Made by a program: the position numbers and the translations under genes. Positions 60,201 to 64,000 of a stretch of 64,000 bases of DNA are shown piece by piece. The stretch is taken from NCBI GenBank assembly GCA_021850485.1, contig JAJZLY010000008.1:113305-177304 (forward strand), given 5' to 3'. A model generated the notes under the pieces. The model ran no database searches. It saw only the letters and a list, made by a program, of their open reading frames with translations, and was not told the DNA's origin. Positions within the stretch are counted from its first letter, which is position 1. Each line of letters starts with the position of its first letter. Source of the stretch: Bacillota bacterium (GTDB taxonomy: Bacteria; Bacillota; Sulfobacillia; JAJZYS01; JAJZLH01).

Positions 60201-60869
60201 ATGTCCAAGCCTACCCAGCTATGGGTTGGCGGTTTAGCCGTCATCGCCGTGGCGCTGGTCGCCTTGATCTTGATCTCGCATCGGCCCGCCGCTGTTCCTG
60301 CCCCTGGCAAGCCGCCAACGACGGCTAGTGCAGTCGGTCCCAGCCAGAAGGCCTTTACGGCCAAACTGGAGGCCCTGGCCAAGGCCAATAACCCGCTGGG
60401 CGCTGAGCCGACCGCCCAGGAGTTCACCAATCAGACCACGATCCCGGCGTATGCACCGACCGCCAAGACAGCTGCCGCCTACGCCACTGTGGCTCCCCAG
60501 ATGCTGCAAGGTGAGTACCAGGCTGCGCCGCTGATGACGGAGACCTGGGCCGCTTCGGTGCTCGTGCCCTCCGCCTATATCGCCAAGATGGAGCAGGTTC
60601 CGCTCACCCTGGTGCCGGTCAATAGCAAAACACCCTGGCAGGCTGTCCAGGTCACCTACGGTGCCGCCAACAGCACCGCCACAGTGGTGATGATGATGGA
60701 GGCCTCGGAGTACCACAGCGGCACCCTGATCGGATCAGGACTTTACGCTGCGGTGGAAGTATCCCTGGTGCACAGCACCAGCGGCTGGAAGGTGTCTGCC
60801 GTCAGCGCCTATACGGCCAGTCAGGCCCAGAGTCTGTACCAGCAATACGGGCAATACTACAAGCCCTAG
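60201..60869 (+). CDS. Membrane-anchored secreted hypothetical protein
   Basis: N-terminal TM, Pro/Ala/Thr linker, C-terminal V.L....GWKV ending. Confidence 0.7.
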   Translation: MSKPTQLWVGGLAVIAVALVALILISHRPAAVPAPGKPPTTASAVGPSQKAFTAKLEALAKANNPLGAEPTAQEFTNQTTIPAYAPTAKTAAAYATVAPQMLQGEYQAAPLMTETWAASVLVPSAYIAKMEQVPLTLVPVNSKTPWQAVQVTYGAANSTATVVMMMEASEYHSGTLIGSGLYAAVEVSLVHSTSGWKVSAVSAYTASQAQSLYQQYGQYYKP

Positions 60870-60894
60870 CCGCCAGCAATCTGCGCTCCGCTGA

Positions 60895-61455
60895 TCAGAG
60901 CTGGCCCTGCAGCCAGCGCAGCACGCTCAGAGCGTGGCGATCCGGGGGGAAGACCGGGTAAAAGACATGTTCGACCACGCCGTCTCGGATGACCAGGGTC
61001 AGCCGCCGGATCAAGATCATCTGGTCCACCTCGAACAGCGGCAGCCACAGGGCCCTAGCCAAGCGCAACTGATGGTCGCTGAGCAGTTGAAAGGGCAGCT
61101 GTAGGCGGCTTACCGCCTCTTCTTGATAGGCGCGCTCCTGGCTGCTCAGGCCAAAGACGCGGACATTGGCCTGAGTGAACTGGGCGAAGGCCGCGGCAAA
61201 ACCCAGCGACTCCGGCGTGCAGCCCCTGGCACCAGCAATAGAATCCCACCCCGTGGGCAGCGGCTGACCTGGCTGGCCGGTGCGCGGATAGACGTAGACC
61301 ACGCTGCGCCCGGCCAGGGCGGACAGGTCGATGGTTCCGCCGCCGGTAGCGTCCAGGGCGATCGGCGGCAACACACTTCCGTCCAGATGCCGGCAGGCGC
61401 CATCGTCTTGCGGCACGGGCAGCCCGTCTGGCAGGCGGCTGGGGTCATCGAACAT
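60895..61455 (-). CDS. Peroxiredoxin (BCP/AhpC-TSA family)
   Basis: YPRTG..., GARGCTPE, RRLTLVI, FYPVFPP. Confidence 0.9.
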   Translation of the reverse strand: MFDDPSRLPDGLPVPQDDGACRHLDGSVLPPIALDATGGGTIDLSALAGRSVVYVYPRTGQPGQPLPTGWDSIAGARGCTPESLGFAAAFAQFTQANVRVFGLSSQERAYQEEAVSRLQLPFQLLSDHQLRLARALWLPLFEVDQMILIRRLTLVIRDGVVEHVFYPVFPPDRHALSVLRWLQGQL

Positions 61456-61458
61456 GCG

Positions 61459-62754
61459 CTAGCCTCCTCGCCTGGTCGCCCTGGCCGGCGCTTGGTCAGC
61501 CGTAACCAGTCCCAACTTCACGGCCCACCACTTGGTCGTCGGCACCTGGACCAGCATGGTGACGACCAAAACCACTGTGGTCAGTGCTCCCACCTCCGAG
61601 GCGCCAGGAACCCGGTCCACGATCAATAAGCTGGCCAGTGCGGCCGCCATCACACCGGTCTCCCGCACCCAGGAGGCAAACCACAACTCAGCCGGCCGCC
61701 AGCGGGCCCAGCTATCTGGCCACAAGGTGACCCACACCACCAGCGGCCGCAGCACCACGATCATCCCTGCGGCCACGGCCAATCCCACCCAGCCGGCCTG
61801 GGCGAACGCCGCCGGTACCACCTCGGCGCCGAGCAGGCCGAACAGCAAGATGCGGACCACCGTGCCCAGATGCCAGAGAAAGGTCTGGTGCTCAGCTTGA
61901 TGCGTCCGCTTGGGGGCGAGGCCCAGGATGTGGGCGTTGCCGCTGACCATGCCGGCGGCGAAGGCAGCAATGAAGCCGCTACCTCCGATCGCCACCGCCG
62001 CCAGGTAGGCCAGAGCCATGGTGGGCAGGGCCGAAACCACCGCCTCCTCCCGCTCGTTCCACACCGCCAGCCTTTGTCCCTCAGCCACCCCCCACTGCAC
62101 CAGGCCGCCGATGCCCAGCCCTGCCACGGCGCCCAGCACCAAAAGCCGGACGGCGCTCAGTCCGGTCGATGCCCAGCCAACGGCTGCCCCGGTGCTGGCG
62201 GCGACGATCAGCACGACGAGCAGGGCACTCATGGCGTCATTGAGAGCCGCCTCGCCGATCAGCAGCTGGGCGAGACGGGCTGGCAGTTTGAGGCGGGCAA
62301 ACAGCGGCACGATGGTGGCCGGGTCGGTGGAGGCCACCACCGCCCCCAACAGCGCCGCCGCCACCCAGGGCACGCCCAGTAGCCAGACGGCCAAGAGAGC
62401 CACTCCCAGGGCGGTCAGCACGGTGCCGACGACGGCCAGCAAAGCTACGCTCTGCCAGATCCGCTGCAAGACCCGCCACTGCACCGCCCGGCCGCCCTCG
62501 TACAACATGAACACAGCGCCGCCGGTGACGATCAGAGAGCTCACACCCAAATTGCCGCTGAGTTGCACCAGCCCGCCCACCTGCGGGCCGAGCAAGAATC
62601 CGGCTACCATGAACCACAACAGGTCGGGCACGCCGCTCCAGCGAGCCAGCGGCAACGCCACTAACCCTGCCGCCAGCAGCAGGGCAAGGCTCTGAAAGAC
62701 GAGAAGATGCTGGCCCACCACAGCCCTCCTTGAGATCCAGGATTCCGGATCCAT
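61459..62754 (-). CDS. Cation:proton antiporter (CPA1/NhaP family)
   Basis: ASTDPA, GEAALND, about 12 TM. Confidence 0.9.
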   Translation of the reverse strand: MDPESWISRRAVVGQHLLVFQSLALLLAAGLVALPLARWSGVPDLLWFMVAGFLLGPQVGGLVQLSGNLGVSSLIVTGGAVFMLYEGGRAVQWRVLQRIWQSVALLAVVGTVLTALGVALLAVWLLGVPWVAAALLGAVVASTDPATIVPLFARLKLPARLAQLLIGEAALNDAMSALLVVLIVAASTGAAVGWASTGLSAVRLLVLGAVAGLGIGGLVQWGVAEGQRLAVWNEREEAVVSALPTMALAYLAAVAIGGSGFIAAFAAGMVSGNAHILGLAPKRTHQAEHQTFLWHLGTVVRILLFGLLGAEVVPAAFAQAGWVGLAVAAGMIVVLRPLVVWVTLWPDSWARWRPAELWFASWVRETGVMAAALASLLIVDRVPGASEVGALTTVVLVVTMLVQVPTTKWWAVKLGLVTADQAPARATRRGG

Positions 62755-62791
62755 GCGCTCCGCCCTTCCCGGTCCGTAGCGGGAGGATCAA

Positions 62792-63466
62792 ATGGGGATT
62801 TTGTTCGACCTGGCCCCCAGGCCGTCTCTGGCCGAATCGTTCGTGGCTGAAGAGCAGCTCGCCCTCTCGGCCTCTCCCCAGCTAAGGCTTTGGACCCACG
62901 GCCGCGCCTTGGTGGCCGGGTCCCGAGACGGCAGGCTGCCGGACTTCGAGCGGGCCCGGAGCGCATATTGCCAGCAGGGCTGGGAGATGCACCTGCGCAC
63001 TTCCGGCGGCGGCTTGGTCGTGCTGGACGAGGGAGTTCTCAATGTGTCGCTGGCCTGGCGTCAAGAGGCGCTCCCCAGCCTTGAAGCCGGCTACGCCACC
63101 ATGCGCCAGGTGCTGTCTGTGGCGCTTGGCCGCCTGGGCGTCGATGCTGTGGCAAGCGGCGAGGTGGCGGGGAGCCTATGCCCCGGCCGCAGCGACCTGT
63201 CGATCGACAACCGCAAGCTGGCCGGCATCTCGCAACGCCGCAGGCGCCAGTTTTTGCTGGTCCATGCCTTTGTGCTGGTATCTGGGCGCGCCGACGACCG
63301 GATCACGACGGGGCGATCCTTCTATCAGCTGGCCGGTGGCCGGCCAGAGCTGGTTGTCTCGGGCACGATGTGTACGGTGAGCGAGGCCACGGGCCAGCCT
63401 GTGCCCGTCGAGTCCTTGGCCGCACAGGTGGCAGAGGCAGCTCAGGGTGCAGTTTTGGGCCTGTGA
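62792..63466 (+). CDS. Lipoate-protein ligase family, LipL-like amidotransferase
   Basis: RTSGGGLV, CPG..DL, KLAGISQRR. Confidence 0.8.
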   Translation: MGILFDLAPRPSLAESFVAEEQLALSASPQLRLWTHGRALVAGSRDGRLPDFERARSAYCQQGWEMHLRTSGGGLVVLDEGVLNVSLAWRQEALPSLEAGYATMRQVLSVALGRLGVDAVASGEVAGSLCPGRSDLSIDNRKLAGISQRRRRQFLLVHAFVLVSGRADDRITTGRSFYQLAGGRPELVVSGTMCTVSEATGQPVPVESLAAQVAEAAQGAVLGL

Positions 63467-63550
63467 CCCTAGTTTCTCGCGACACCACCGCGCCTGAAAA
63501 ACTGGAAACGGCCGGCCCATGCTCAGGGCGCCAGTGTCGGCTATGAGGCC

Positions 63551-63584
63551 GCCGAGCCGGGCAGCTTGAGCGACCCGGCTCGGC
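63551..63584. terminator. Hairpin between convergent genes
   Basis: GCCGAGCCGGG / CCCGGCTCGGC 11-bp stem. Confidence 0.5.
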
Positions 63585-63602
63585 AACTGCGGTGGCTGGG
63601 TT

Positions 63603-64000
63603 CTAGGGGTGATTGTAGGCAGAGATGGCGGCAGCCAGCTCGGCGACGTCCGGCACGCCGAGGCCGGTGGTTGGGTCCCAGCCAGCAGACGCCGAATAGC
63701 CCCAGTTGTTGCCGCTGGAGATGTCCCTAAAGCCACTGACCGTTCCACCAGACGGTGGCAGATGATAGAAGACGTCGGTGGCCAGGCCGATCGGAGCACC
63801 AGTAGCCTGATCCAACAGGGCGGTGATGCCCGCCCACTGCGGGGCTGCAAACGAGGTGCCGCCCCAGCCGTTCGACCACGGATCTGTGCTGTTCGAGTAC
63901 ACCGATGACGAGTCGTAAATGGCGTAGCCGGTGAACGGGTCAGCATTCAGGGCCACATCGGGGAGTCCGCGCTGGCCGGTCGACTGGAATCCATTTTGCC
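63603..64000 (-). CDS. S53 peptidase, C-terminal part; runs off the window end
   Basis: RGLPDVALNADP, GGTSFAAP, GWDPTTGLG. Confidence 0.9.
   Translation of the reverse strand, partial: QNGFQSTGQRGLPDVALNADPFTGYAIYDSSSVYSNSTDPWSNGWGGTSFAAPQWAGITALLDQATGAPIGLATDVFYHLPPSGGTVSGFRDISSGNNWGYSASAGWDPTTGLGVPDVAELAAAISAYNHP

Overview
A 64-kb, GC-rich chromosomal segment with Bacillota (Firmicutes)-type gene order. The S53 acid proteases and overall gene content suggest a Sulfobacillus/Thermaerobacter-like acidophile, which is an inference. 1-17 kb is a conserved minus-strand housekeeping block (tal-glpX-rpmE-prfA-prmC-sua5-ywlE/rpiB fusion-ywlG-dCMP deaminase-MazG-like-tagO-wecB-atp operon-mbl), lacking the rho, spoIIR, murA/spoIID/spoIIQ/spoIIID, glyA and upp genes usually interspersed there. 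18.7-30.6 kb is an accessory-looking region with three PIN toxin-antitoxin modules, an atypical panD (Arg54->Phe) and a Cys-rich Asp-box lipoprotein. It also holds the best candidate for an undescribed system: a tightly coupled operon encoding an Mre11-like nuclease, a membrane-anchored Rad50/YhaN-like ATPase, a VirD4/TrwB-like membrane ATPase, a replication-relaxation-family nuclease and a catalytically degenerate LCP protein, with no T4SS channel or integrase nearby. 31-45 kb has proline/hydroxyproline-catabolism-like genes (including a HOGA1-like aldolase), a broken ornithine cyclodeaminase beside an IS200-like remnant, glyoxalase genes and transporters. 45-53.7 kb has an FMN riboswitch with an extra hairpin, ribDEBAH, and an NrdR-regulated class II RNR carrying an intein whose two LAGLIDADG catalytic Asp residues are both Ala. 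The window ends with an ABC exporter pair, two S53 peptidases, a deacetylase, a peroxiredoxin, an antiporter and a LipL-like gene. No rRNA, tRNA or CRISPR array was seen. All protein calls come from motif recognition by eye; no searches were run.
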